Source: a candidate division WOR-3 bacterium
Lineage (GTDB): Bacteria > Hydrothermota > 32-111
Direction: 5' to 3'
NCBI GenBank assembly: GCA_039804105.1
Contig: JBDRZU010000001.1
Location: 1,152,001 to 1,216,000, forward strand
Length of the DNA stretch: 64,000 nucleotides
Shown here: piece after piece, positions 20,847-29,764 of the stretch
Position numbering within the stretch: position 1 is the first letter of the stretch
How the letters are laid out: each line of letters begins with the position of its first letter
The notes under the pieces: generated by a model
Told to the model about the DNA's origin: nothing
Database searches by the model: none
What the model saw: only the letters and a program-made list of their open reading frames with translations
Made by a program: the position numbers and the translations under genes

Positions 20847-22009
20847 TGAAAAGTTTTAGGATTGATGAGAACATTTTTTGGGTTGGTGGAATAGATTGGT
20901 CTTTAAGAGATTTTCATGGGTATACAACAGAAAGAGGTTCAACTTATAACTCTTATCTGATCATAGATGATAAAATCACACTCATTGATACTGTAAAACA
21001 TTATCTTTTTGATGAGTTTTTATCAAGGATAAAAAATGTTATAGATCCATCAAAAATCGATTACATAATTATAAACCATGTTGAGATGGACCATTCTGGG
21101 TGTTTACCAAAAATTTTACAGTATGCGAAAAATGCTCAGATAATAACAAATCCACAGGGAGAGAAAGGATTAAAATTACATTATGGAAAAGATCTAAATG
21201 TTAAAATAGTAAAAACTGGTGACAAACTAAATATTGGTAAAGAAAATCTTGTTTTCGTTCAAACACCGATGGTTCATTGGCCTGACAATATGGTAACATA
21301 CCTTGAAAACAAAAAGATTCTCTTTTCAAACGATGCTTTTGGTCAACATTATGCTTCATTTTTTAGATTCGATTATGAAAATCCACTCGATGAGATATTG
21401 TATCAAGCAAAAAAATATTATGCTAATATAGTTTTACCATATTCACAACAGGTTCAAACAGCGTTAAATCAATTGAAAGATCTTGAAATAAAAATTATTG
21501 CTCCAAGTCATGGAATCATCTGGAAAGAAAACATATCAAACATTTTGAAAGAGTATCAGACATGGTCAACAAATCCTTTGAAAAAAAAGGTTGTTCTTGT
21601 TTATGATACGATGTGGGGTTCAACTGAAACAATGGCTAAAAAATATTATGAGTTCTTTGAAAATGAGGGTTTTGAGGCCTTACTTCTTTCATTAAAAACA
21701 AACCATATATCCGATATAATGACAGAGGTTCTCGATTCATCGATAATAGGAATTGGAACACCGACTCTAAACAGACAACCATTACCTTCAATTGCAGGAT
21801 TTTTGACATACCTTCTTGGACTCAGTCCGAAAAATAAAAAATTCTTTGTTTTCGGTTCTTACGGCTGGGGTGGTGAAGGCACAAAGATAATAAAAGAGTA
21901 TCTTGAAAAATTTTCGCATCAGGTCGTTTTAGAAGAAAAAATCCAATATATCCCAGACCAGGAAAAAATTGAAAATTTAAAAAACAATATAAAAAGGAGT
22001 ATAGTATGA
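20846..22009 (+). CDS. fprA: Flavodiiron protein (A-type flavoprotein)
   Basis: GSTYNSYLI, NHVEMDHSG, HWPD, SNDAFGQH, flavodoxin GSYGWGG; start ATG 20846 overlaps hrb stop. Confidence 0.93.
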   Translation: MKSFRIDENIFWVGGIDWSLRDFHGYTTERGSTYNSYLIIDDKITLIDTVKHYLFDEFLSRIKNVIDPSKIDYIIINHVEMDHSGCLPKILQYAKNAQIITNPQGEKGLKLHYGKDLNVKIVKTGDKLNIGKENLVFVQTPMVHWPDNMVTYLENKKILFSNDAFGQHYASFFRFDYENPLDEILYQAKKYYANIVLPYSQQVQTALNQLKDLEIKIIAPSHGIIWKENISNILKEYQTWSTNPLKKKVVLVYDTMWGSTETMAKKYYEFFENEGFEALLLSLKTNHISDIMTEVLDSSIIGIGTPTLNRQPLPSIAGFLTYLLGLSPKNKKFFVFGSYGWGGEGTKIIKEYLEKFSHQVVLEEKIQYIPDQEKIENLKNNIKRSIV

Positions 22010-22494
22010 TAAGTGAAAAAATGGTAAAAGAGATCAACGATCAGATTCAGAGAGAACTTTTCTCTGAATACCTTTACCTTCAGATGGCTGCATATTTTAA
22101 AGGGGAGAATCTTGATGGTTTTGCACATTGGATGGAAGTTCAGGCAAAAGAAGAGCATGGTCATGCGATGAAGTTTTTCAACCATCTATACGAAAGAAAC
22201 GCAAAAGTTATCCTTCAACCAATTCAGCAACCAAAAAACGATTTCAAATCTCCACTCGATGTTTTCAAATATGGTTACGAACATGAATTAACAGTTACAA
22301 AAAATATACATAACCTGATGGAACTTGCAAAGAAAGAGAACGATTACGCTTCTGAATCGTTTTTAAAATGGTATGTTGATGAACAGGTAGAAGAAGAGGA
22401 TTCGTTTTTAAAGATAGTAACAATTCTTGAAAAGATAAAGGATTCAGCAAATGCACTTTACATGCTTGATCATGAACTTGGAAAAAGAGAATAA
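22006..22494 (+). CDS. ftn: Non-heme ferritin
   Basis: NDQIQREL.SEYLY, EEHGHAMK, FLKWYVDEQVEEE. Confidence 0.93.
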   Translation: MISEKMVKEINDQIQRELFSEYLYLQMAAYFKGENLDGFAHWMEVQAKEEHGHAMKFFNHLYERNAKVILQPIQQPKNDFKSPLDVFKYGYEHELTVTKNIHNLMELAKKENDYASESFLKWYVDEQVEEEDSFLKIVTILEKIKDSANALYMLDHELGKRE

Positions 22495-22509
22495 AATAGG
22501 GGGTTTATT

Positions 22510-22896
22510 ATGAAAACACAACTCAGAGAACTTTACAGATGTGATGTGTGCGGTAATGTTGTTGAAATTGTCAATACAGGTATGGTAATGCTTGTGTGTT
22601 GCAACAAACCGATGACAAAACTTGAACCAAAAAAAGAGGATACTGGTGTTGAGAAACATCTCCCAGTTATTGAAGATCTTGGAGGAAAAATAAAAGTTAA
22701 AGTTGGTTCAGTTGAACATCCGATGGAAGAGAAACATTATATTGTCTTTGTTGAAGTTTTAACTGACAAAAAAGTTTTAAGACATGAGTTCAAACCAGGT
22801 GAAAAACCAGAAGCAATTTTTGATGTTTCATTATCAGAGGTAAAACATGTTAGAGAGTTCTGTAATATACATATGCTCTGGGCAAAGGAGGTATAA
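22510..22896 (+). CDS. dfx: Desulfoferrodoxin (2Fe superoxide reductase)
   Basis: CDVCGN..LVCC, EKHLP, HPMEEKHYI, FCNIH. Confidence 0.93.
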   Translation: MKTQLRELYRCDVCGNVVEIVNTGMVMLVCCNKPMTKLEPKKEDTGVEKHLPVIEDLGGKIKVKVGSVEHPMEEKHYIVFVEVLTDKKVLRHEFKPGEKPEAIFDVSLSEVKHVREFCNIHMLWAKEV

Positions 22897-22898
22897 GT

Positions 22899-23441
22899 AT
22901 GACAAAAAAGAGTTTAAAAGGAACAAAAACTGAAAAAAACCTGTGGGAAGCATTTGCTGGTGAATCAATGGCAAGAAACAAATACACATACTTTGCATCT
23001 GTTGCAAAAAAAGAGGGATATGAACAGATAGCAGCGATATTTCAAGAAACAGCAGATAATGAAAAAGAACATGCAAAACTCCATTTTAAAGCACTTTCAG
23101 GTATAGGAAATACAATAGAAAACCTAAAAGCAGCAGCAGAAGGTGAAAATTATGAGACAACAACAATGTATCCTGAAATGGCAAAAATCGCAAGAGAAGA
23201 GGGATTTGACGAGATAGCAGATATGTTTGAAAAGATTGGTTCAGTAGAAAAAGATCATGAAAAAAGATATAGAAAACTCCTTGAAAATATTGAAAAACAG
23301 GTTGTGTTCAAAAGAGCAAAAAAGGTCTACTGGAAATGCAGAAACTGTGGACATATCCACGAAGCATCAGAAGCACCTGATATCTGCCCCGTCTGCAAAC
23401 ATCCAAAAGCATATTTCGAACTTTTTGTTGAGAATTATTAA
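22899..23441 (+). CDS. rbr: Rubrerythrin
   Basis: AFAGESMARNKY, EKEHA, GENYE..MYP, WKCRNCG..CPVC.HP. Confidence 0.95.
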   Translation: MTKKSLKGTKTEKNLWEAFAGESMARNKYTYFASVAKKEGYEQIAAIFQETADNEKEHAKLHFKALSGIGNTIENLKAAAEGENYETTTMYPEMAKIAREEGFDEIADMFEKIGSVEKDHEKRYRKLLENIEKQVVFKRAKKVYWKCRNCGHIHEASEAPDICPVCKHPKAYFELFVENY

Positions 23442-23488
23442 AATTTATAAAATTACAAATTAAACTTAGTTTGATTTTCACATATTAC

Positions 23489-23514
23489 ACCCTGCCGTTA
23501 ACTGGCAGGGTTTT
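23489..23514 (+). terminator. Intrinsic terminator of the oxidative-stress operon
   Basis: ACCCTGCC-gttaact-GGCAGGGT followed by TTT. Confidence 0.8.
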
Positions 23515-23526
23515 ATATATTTACGG

Positions 23527-23559
23527 AAAAAATGTCAAAAAGTCAAGCACCGTCCCCGA
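23527..23559 (+). repeat. Dispersed 32-33 bp element, copy R1
   Basis: AAAAAATGTCAAAAAGTCAAGCACCGTCCCCGA; exact reverse complement at 31542-31574 and direct copy at 38949-38980. Confidence 0.95.
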
Positions 23560-23565
23560 GTATTC

Positions 23566-26500
23566 TTATTTTCCATGTGTCAAATCTTCAGCAATTAGTT
23601 CTGCTTGTTTTAGTACCGTTTCTGTAGCTAACATTTGCATATCCGGCGGGTAACCATACTGACGCAATATTCGTTTAACAATGACCTTTAATTTTGCTTT
23701 TACACTTTCCTTTATTGTCCAATCAATCGATGCGTTTTCGCGTACTTTATTGTATAGAACTACAGCTAATTCTCTCAGTTTTTCTTTTCCCATTAACTCA
23801 CGGGCACTTTCATTGTTTGCAACTGCGGTATAAAAAGCATATTCATAATCGGAAAGCCCCAACTCTTCTGGTTCTTTATCCATTGCTTTAATTTCTTTGC
23901 TGAGTTTGATTAACTCCTCAATAACTTCTGCAGCTGTTAATATTTTGTTATGGTATTTTTTTATTGAACTTTCAAGCATCTCCATCAAGGTTTTTCCCTG
24001 TACAAGATTTTTCTTTAACCTTGCTTTTATTTCATCGCTAAGAAGTTTTTTTAGAACCTCCATTGCAAGGTTTTTGTGTTGCATGTTTTTAACTTCCAGA
24101 AGAAAATCTTCCGAAAGAATTGAAATCTCTGGCTTTTTAATGCCAGCTGCATCAAATACATCAATTACCTTATCCGTTACCAGAGATTTATCGATTACCT
24201 GTTTGATCGCAGTTTCGATTTCCTCATCGGTTTTGCCAGAGCCGGTCTTGTCGAATTTGGCAAGCCGTGCCTTAACCGCCTGAAAGAAGGCAATTTCATC
24301 TTTAACCGCCATAGCTTGCTCATGCGGAATGGCAATGGAGAATGCTTTTGACAGGGCTGTTACCTCGTCGATGTAACGTTTTTTACCATCTTCGAGCCCG
24401 AGAATATGTTCTTCGGCTTCAAGAATAATTGAGAGTTTCCTGCTTGTGTCTGCTTTAAAATACTCTTCATAAGCAAAACCGTGAAACATTTGTCTTACCA
24501 CTTCCAGTTTTTCTTGCATCAGCGCTACGGCTTGTTCCTGAGCCACAGCGGGATCTCCCTTGCCGCCAGAACTTGAGTAGAACGAAAGAGCTTTTTTAAG
24601 GTCCGCTGCAATACCCAAGTAATCGACAATTAGCCCACCGGTTTTATCTTTATACACCCGGTTGACTCGTGCGATAGCCTGCATGAGATTATGTCCCTGC
24701 ATAGGCTTGTCAATGTACATAGTATGCAGACAAGGAACATCAAATCCAGTAAGCCACATATCGCAAACAATGACCAATTTTAGTTCATCGTCAGGGTTTT
24801 TCATGCGGTCAGCAAGGATACGTCTCTCTTCTTTGGTGGTATGATGTTTGGCAATTTCAGGTCCATCGGATGAGGCCGAAGTCATCACTACCTTGATAAC
24901 GCCTTTTTTCAGATCGTTGCTATGCCACTTAGGACGTATTTTGATGATTTCATCGTAAAGGGCAGCAGCAATCCATCGTGACATTGTTACAATCATGCCT
25001 TTACCTTCAAAAACTTCTTGCCGCTGTTCAAAATGAGCTACAATATCCTGAGCCAGATGTTTTAATCGGTCGGCACTACCAACAAGTGCTTCGAGTTGTG
25101 TCCATTTGGCTTTTGCTTTTTGGGTTTCCGAAAGATCTTCCTGTTTTAATTCTTCATCGAGTTCTCTTACCAGTTTTTTCCCTTCTTCGCTTAAGCTGAT
25201 TTTTGCCAGACGGCTTTCGTAATAAATCCTCACTGTTGCACCATCTTCCACTGCCTGGGCAATATCGTAGATGTCTATGTAATTTCCGAAAACAGCCGGG
25301 GTATTTTTGTCATCTTTCTCAATTGGAGTCCCGGTAAAACCCAGATATGTAGCATTGGGTAGAGCATCGCGCATATATTTGGCAAAACCATAGACTGTTT
25401 TTTTGCCAACAACATTACCGTTTTCATCTTTTGCATCTACGATCTTTGCCTTGAATCCATATTGGGTACGGTGAGCCTCATCAGCGATAACCACAATATT
25501 TTTTCTTTCAGAAAGGGTTTCATAGACATTGCCCTCGTCGGGCATGAACTTATGTATAGTGGTAAAAACAATACCGCCAGAAGCTACTTTAAGCAACTCT
25601 TTAAGATGCTCGCGGCTTTCAGCTTGCACAGGTTCCTGTCGCAAAAGCTGGCGACATGCAGCAAAGGTATCGAAAAGCTGGTCGTCGAGGTCGTTTCGGT
25701 CGGTGATAACCACGATGGTGGGGTTGTCCATAACAAGCACAATCTTACCTGTAAAGAACACCATAGAGAGCGATTTGCCCGACCCTTGCGTATGCCATAC
25801 CACACCACCTTTTCGGTCGCCAATAGGTTGTGTAGCTGTTGCCGGTAAGCCATAACTCTCGGGCGATTCCATAACCATATTATCTCCGCCATGATTAGCT
25901 ACCAGAGATTTTCGGGGCAATGTGATTATAGAAGAGCTCGGGCGAATATACCCAGCCGCCCGTAGCGTTGATTCAACGGCACGATTCACCGCGTAGTACT
26001 GGTGATATGCTGCCATTTTCTTGACAGTTTCGTATGTAATCTGGCCGGTTTGTTTATCTTCTTTTTTCGATTTTTCGAATACGATGAAATGGCGTATCAT
26101 GTCAAGCAGCGTATATTTTTGAAGCATTCCTTTAATGAGCGTTTCGAGTTGGCATATAAGCGCTGATGCCTCAACCTTGCCATCAGCGGTTTTCCAGGCA
26201 GAAAAACGGCTGATATTTGCCGATATGGTACCGGCTTTTGCCTCAAGACCATCGGATATTACCACAAAACCATTGTAGGTGAACAGTCGTGGTATAGTTT
26301 CCTTGTAGGTCTGTATCTGCCTGAATGCTGAATGGATGGTGGCGTTTTCGTCAGCAGGATTTTTAAGCTCTAAGACAACCAGAGGAAGACCATTTACAAA
26401 TAAAACAAGGTCAGGACGTTTGTTTATATTGTTTTCAATAACGGTAAACTGATTTACTACCAGAAATTCGTTGTTCTCAATATTGTTGAAATCCACCAGC

Positions 26501-26841
26501 CATACCAGATCGCCACGGCTGTGGCCATTTTTTTTATAGTTTACCGTGATTCCTTCAGTAAGCATGCGATGGAAGTTTTCGTTGTTGACAATTAGCTCTG
26601 GAGAATTGAGGCGGAGAATCTGTTTGATGGCATCCTCGCGAGCATCGGCTGGTATACTGGGATTTATACGATCTACAGCCTGTTGCAAACGATCTATCAA
26701 AATCACATCTTCAAATGATTGGCGTTCTGGTTTAATGCCATCGGGGGCAATGTCAGGGCCATAGACATATTTGAAACCCTGTTTTTGCAGTAGTTCTATG
26801 GCTAATTTTTCGATATCCGATTCTGTAATGTTAATAGGCAT
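23566..26841 (-). CDS. hsdR: Type I restriction endonuclease subunit R
   Basis: RPDLVLFVNGLPLVVLELK nuclease motif, WHTQGSGKS, DEAHR, FTGTP, MWLTGFD, QAIARVNR. Confidence 0.96.
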   Translation of the reverse strand: MPINITESDIEKLAIELLQKQGFKYVYGPDIAPDGIKPERQSFEDVILIDRLQQAVDRINPSIPADAREDAIKQILRLNSPELIVNNENFHRMLTEGITVNYKKNGHSRGDLVWLVDFNNIENNEFLVVNQFTVIENNINKRPDLVLFVNGLPLVVLELKNPADENATIHSAFRQIQTYKETIPRLFTYNGFVVISDGLEAKAGTISANISRFSAWKTADGKVEASALICQLETLIKGMLQKYTLLDMIRHFIVFEKSKKEDKQTGQITYETVKKMAAYHQYYAVNRAVESTLRAAGYIRPSSSIITLPRKSLVANHGGDNMVMESPESYGLPATATQPIGDRKGGVVWHTQGSGKSLSMVFFTGKIVLVMDNPTIVVITDRNDLDDQLFDTFAACRQLLRQEPVQAESREHLKELLKVASGGIVFTTIHKFMPDEGNVYETLSERKNIVVIADEAHRTQYGFKAKIVDAKDENGNVVGKKTVYGFAKYMRDALPNATYLGFTGTPIEKDDKNTPAVFGNYIDIYDIAQAVEDGATVRIYYESRLAKISLSEEGKKLVRELDEELKQEDLSETQKAKAKWTQLEALVGSADRLKHLAQDIVAHFEQRQEVFEGKGMIVTMSRWIAAALYDEIIKIRPKWHSNDLKKGVIKVVMTSASSDGPEIAKHHTTKEERRILADRMKNPDDELKLVIVCDMWLTGFDVPCLHTMYIDKPMQGHNLMQAIARVNRVYKDKTGGLIVDYLGIAADLKKALSFYSSSGGKGDPAVAQEQAVALMQEKLEVVRQMFHGFAYEEYFKADTSRKLSIILEAEEHILGLEDGKKRYIDEVTALSKAFSIAIPHEQAMAVKDEIAFFQAVKARLAKFDKTGSGKTDEEIETAIKQVIDKSLVTDKVIDVFDAAGIKKPEISILSEDFLLEVKNMQHKNLAMEVLKKLLSDEIKARLKKNLVQGKTLMEMLESSIKKYHNKILTAAEVIEELIKLSKEIKAMDKEPEELGLSDYEYAFYTAVANNESARELMGKEKLRELAVVLYNKVRENASIDWTIKESVKAKLKVIVKRILRQYGYPPDMQMLATETVLKQAELIAEDLTHGK

Positions 26842-27403
26842 AATAATCGTCTTTTCTCCAGTTTTGGGGATTATTTTTTATGTATTCTGAAATTTGGATG
26901 TATGATTCATCATTACGGATGATGTGTTCATAATAATTGCGTTGCCATGCAAACGCAGGGTTTATGAAACGGGCACGTTTGGTAACGGCCGATTTAAAAC
27001 CACGAACAATGGATGCCAAATTTTTCGATTGCGGACCGAATTTGTTTTGATTTGTAGAGACGCAATGCATTGCGTCTCTACGATAACGGTCGTCATCACG
27101 GTTATCGATACGTTGCGTATTATATTGATTTTCGCCAATAATAATGGCGTGAAAATGATTGGGCATAATTACAAATTCGCCCATCGTTAAATTCATATCA
27201 CGACGCATTTCAAATGTTTTCAACCATTCCTGTCGGACAATTTCCCCAATTTCCGACAATACCATTTGTCCATCCAATATTTCGCCAAAAAAATTTTGCC
27301 GGTCGTGGGTACAAATGGTAACAAAATATGCCCCATTCCAGCCATAATCCCAATGTGGCAATCGCGTCGATGGTATGCGGTATGTATTTTTGTATTTATT
27401 CAT
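26831..27403 (-). CDS. REP-associated tyrosine transposase-like HUH endonuclease (Y1_Tnp/RAYT)
   Basis: RLPHWDY..GAYFVTICT, MPNHFHAII (HUH), SIVRGFKS, WQRNYYEHIIR, YIKNNP (catalytic Y); probable ATG at 27403. Confidence 0.88.
   Translation of the reverse strand: MNKYKNTYRIPSTRLPHWDYGWNGAYFVTICTHDRQNFFGEILDGQMVLSEIGEIVRQEWLKTFEMRRDMNLTMGEFVIMPNHFHAIIIGENQYNTQRIDNRDDDRYRRDAMHCVSTNQNKFGPQSKNLASIVRGFKSAVTKRARFINPAFAWQRNYYEHIIRNDESYIQISEYIKNNPQNWRKDDYYAY
27054..27081. repeat. Perfect 28-bp GTAG-tagged palindrome (REP-like) within the RAYT gene
   Basis: GTAGAGACGCAATGCATTGCGTCTCTAC equals its own reverse complement. Confidence 0.92.
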
Positions 27404-28535
27404 ATTGTATCCGTATTTCACCTGAAATCAATTTTGGCAACAAAAGATCGCGGAGTTTTTCCAGCGTGTGGATTTGATATCTATTTAATTCAATTTTTGA
27501 AAATAGTGATTCTGCTATTTGTTCAAACTTATTCAATAAATCCAAGGGTGGTACAAGAATTTTATAATCATAAAAAACTCCTTTTTGGAAAAATTCTCTA
27601 GCGCTTCCAGATGCACTATGTAATAATTCACTAATTATTTGACGCAATGCATAATTCAAATAATGTTGAGAAAAATCTTCTTTTGCTCGAAACCGCCACA
27701 TATTTTGATTTTGTAATGCAGGTAAAATATCTTGAGTGACAATCGCAAAATTCCCTAAGCTTGCCCCTACCATTACTAATAGGAAGTCATTACGTTTTAA
27801 ATAAAATTGACTATATTCAGTTGCTAATTCTTCGGAGATATACACTAAATCATTTAATTCAATCCAATGATTTGAAAAGTTTAAGGTTCTGATAATTTTT
27901 TGTCCATATTCTTTATAACTAGAACTTTGAAAAGCATATCCATTAAAAATTACACAAATATCCTTTAGTGGTTTTTCCTCCCACCCCTTTGGCAAACCGT
28001 TTTTGCAGGGTTCGATGAACCATTGGCGGAAGAGAGTTTCTGCCATGGCTTCGAGGGTTTTGTTTTGGCGGTGGAGCAGGTCTATTTTATCGTCAAGGCT
28101 GGAGAGAACCGAGGCTATGGCTCGCTGCTCAGGGAGAGGGGGGAGGAGGAGGTCTTGATTATATGCAGCGTTACGATTTAATCCAGGTACAGCACTATCA
28201 CTATTTAAATCCTCAAGACCTAATGTTTGCAAACAATAATATAAATAATCAAAGTCGTATTCTTCATCATTTGGAAGAATATAATATGCTGTATCAATAC
28301 AAAAAAAAGGTTTTTCACTTTTATAGATTTTTCCTATCGTACCTTTTCTACCCACAATAATACCTTTAGAATTTACTAAAGGTTCGTTATGCCATCCGCT
28401 CAAGCCTGATGAACTGTAAACAGGAACATCACCATTAACGCGAACTTCTTCTTTAAGTCCTTTACCATAGTTTAGTACAACAACATCCCCCAGTTTACAT
28501 TCCCTCCACCCCTTCGAATTATTACCTTCATTCAT
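27396..28535 (-). CDS. hsdS: Type I restriction-modification specificity subunit S
   Basis: Two TRDs separated by PPLPEQRAIASVLSSLDDKIDL..TLEAMAETLFRQWF; C-terminal LRDLLLPKLISGEI; start 28535 (alternative 28553). Confidence 0.93.
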   Translation of the reverse strand: MNEGNNSKGWRECKLGDVVVLNYGKGLKEEVRVNGDVPVYSSSGLSGWHNEPLVNSKGIIVGRKGTIGKIYKSEKPFFCIDTAYYILPNDEEYDFDYLYYCLQTLGLEDLNSDSAVPGLNRNAAYNQDLLLPPLPEQRAIASVLSSLDDKIDLLHRQNKTLEAMAETLFRQWFIEPCKNGLPKGWEEKPLKDICVIFNGYAFQSSSYKEYGQKIIRTLNFSNHWIELNDLVYISEELATEYSQFYLKRNDFLLVMVGASLGNFAIVTQDILPALQNQNMWRFRAKEDFSQHYLNYALRQIISELLHSASGSAREFFQKGVFYDYKILVPPLDLLNKFEQIAESLFSKIELNRYQIHTLEKLRDLLLPKLISGEIRIQYE

Positions 28536-28545
28536 AATAAATTCC

Positions 28546-29682
28546 TTAATCATTAAACAATTTCATATATTCATGAAAAACAAAAACTCTATTGCGTTTG
28601 TAACCTGTAATTTCGTGCAATATGTTTTGTTTAGTAAAAATTCGAATCAATTCGTTGGCTGCTTTAGGCGAAAGGCCTGTTACGGATTGGGTTTCGGCTA
28701 CCGTGATGACCGGTTTCCTGAACAGTTGATGAAAAAGATCGAGTGCCTGTTTTGATCGCCTGCCCATTGGCAGGATATGTTCTTTTTCAATTCGGGATTT
28801 AAGTTTTATAATATTTTGCAATGTATTGACCGAATTTTCTGCAGTGTTTGCAATTCCCACAAGAAAATACTTAATCCATTGTAGTAAATCGTTTTTAGTC
28901 CTCACAAAAGTCAGGTTATCATAGTAAAGCGATTTGTTTTTTTCGAAATATTCCGAAAGGTATAACAAAGGTTTGTCCAGAACTCCGTTGGCTACAAGAT
29001 ACAGGGTAATCAAGAGCCGTCCTATCCTTCCATTACCATCCAAAAAAGGGTGAATGGTTTCAAATTGATAATGGGCAATGGCTATTTTTATCAGGTGTGG
29101 AATCTTAATATCAGAATTATTCAGAAAAAATTCAAAGTCTGAAAGCAACTCAGGAAGCTCCGTATGAGCCGGAGGAATAAAAACGGCATCGGCAAGGGTA
29201 GCTCCGCCAATCCAGTTTTGCGTTGTGCGAAATTCACCGGGATTTTTGTGTTCACCTCGCACACTAGAAAGTAAAATACGATGGGTGTTTTTAATAAGCC
29301 TATTCGATAAAGGAAGCTTTTTCAGCTCTTCGATAGCATAATTGAGGGCTTTAACATAGTTGTTAACCTCTTGCCAGTCATCTCGCTTTTCCGGATCAAT
29401 ATCTCTTTCATCAATAAGTGCTTCCTCAATATTTGTTCGTGTTCCCTCTATTCGGCTTGATACGACGGCTTCTTTAAGTACATGCATAATAATGAACATG
29501 TCAACGTCGGGTATCAATCTGGAAAAGGAGTTTAATTCTCCCAGACGCAAACTGGCACGTTCCAAGAGTTCATTGATAGATGAATCGGTCCAATAGAACG
29601 GATGATTTATCTTTTCGGGTAAAAAATACTCGTACTGCAGCCCCTTTTTATAGCTTCCTGATATAAAATTTTTTATGTCCAT
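28546..29682 (-). CDS. Fic-family protein (N-terminal inhibitory helix, C-terminal HTH-like region)
   Basis: HPFLDGNGRIGR catalytic motif; SSRIEG inhibitory motif; probable ATG at 29682. Confidence 0.92.
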   Translation of the reverse strand: MDIKNFISGSYKKGLQYEYFLPEKINHPFYWTDSSINELLERASLRLGELNSFSRLIPDVDMFIIMHVLKEAVVSSRIEGTRTNIEEALIDERDIDPEKRDDWQEVNNYVKALNYAIEELKKLPLSNRLIKNTHRILLSSVRGEHKNPGEFRTTQNWIGGATLADAVFIPPAHTELPELLSDFEFFLNNSDIKIPHLIKIAIAHYQFETIHPFLDGNGRIGRLLITLYLVANGVLDKPLLYLSEYFEKNKSLYYDNLTFVRTKNDLLQWIKYFLVGIANTAENSVNTLQNIIKLKSRIEKEHILPMGRRSKQALDLFHQLFRKPVITVAETQSVTGLSPKAANELIRIFTKQNILHEITGYKRNRVFVFHEYMKLFND

Positions 29683-29692
29683 ATATCGTTCC

Positions 29693-29764
29693 AAAGTAAA
29701 TTATAAAAATACATATTTTACTTTATTGTATGAAAGTAAAATATAGAAATTTTAATTTTAGTTT
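29693..29764. promoter_or_regulatory. Nested inverted repeats upstream of fic (candidate operator)
   Basis: ATATTTTACTTT-8nt-AAAGTAAAATAT (29713-29744), with outer AAAGTAAA and TTTTAGTTT half-sites. Confidence 0.5.

Noticed and set aside
23471..23653. 60-aa ORF spanning terminator, R1 and the antisense of hsdR
   Set aside because: TTG start without SD, crosses a terminator and overlaps hsdR; likely spurious.
27396..28553. Phase-variable hsdS shufflon
   Set aside because: Only one hsdS, with no inverted silent TRD copies and no invertase in the window.
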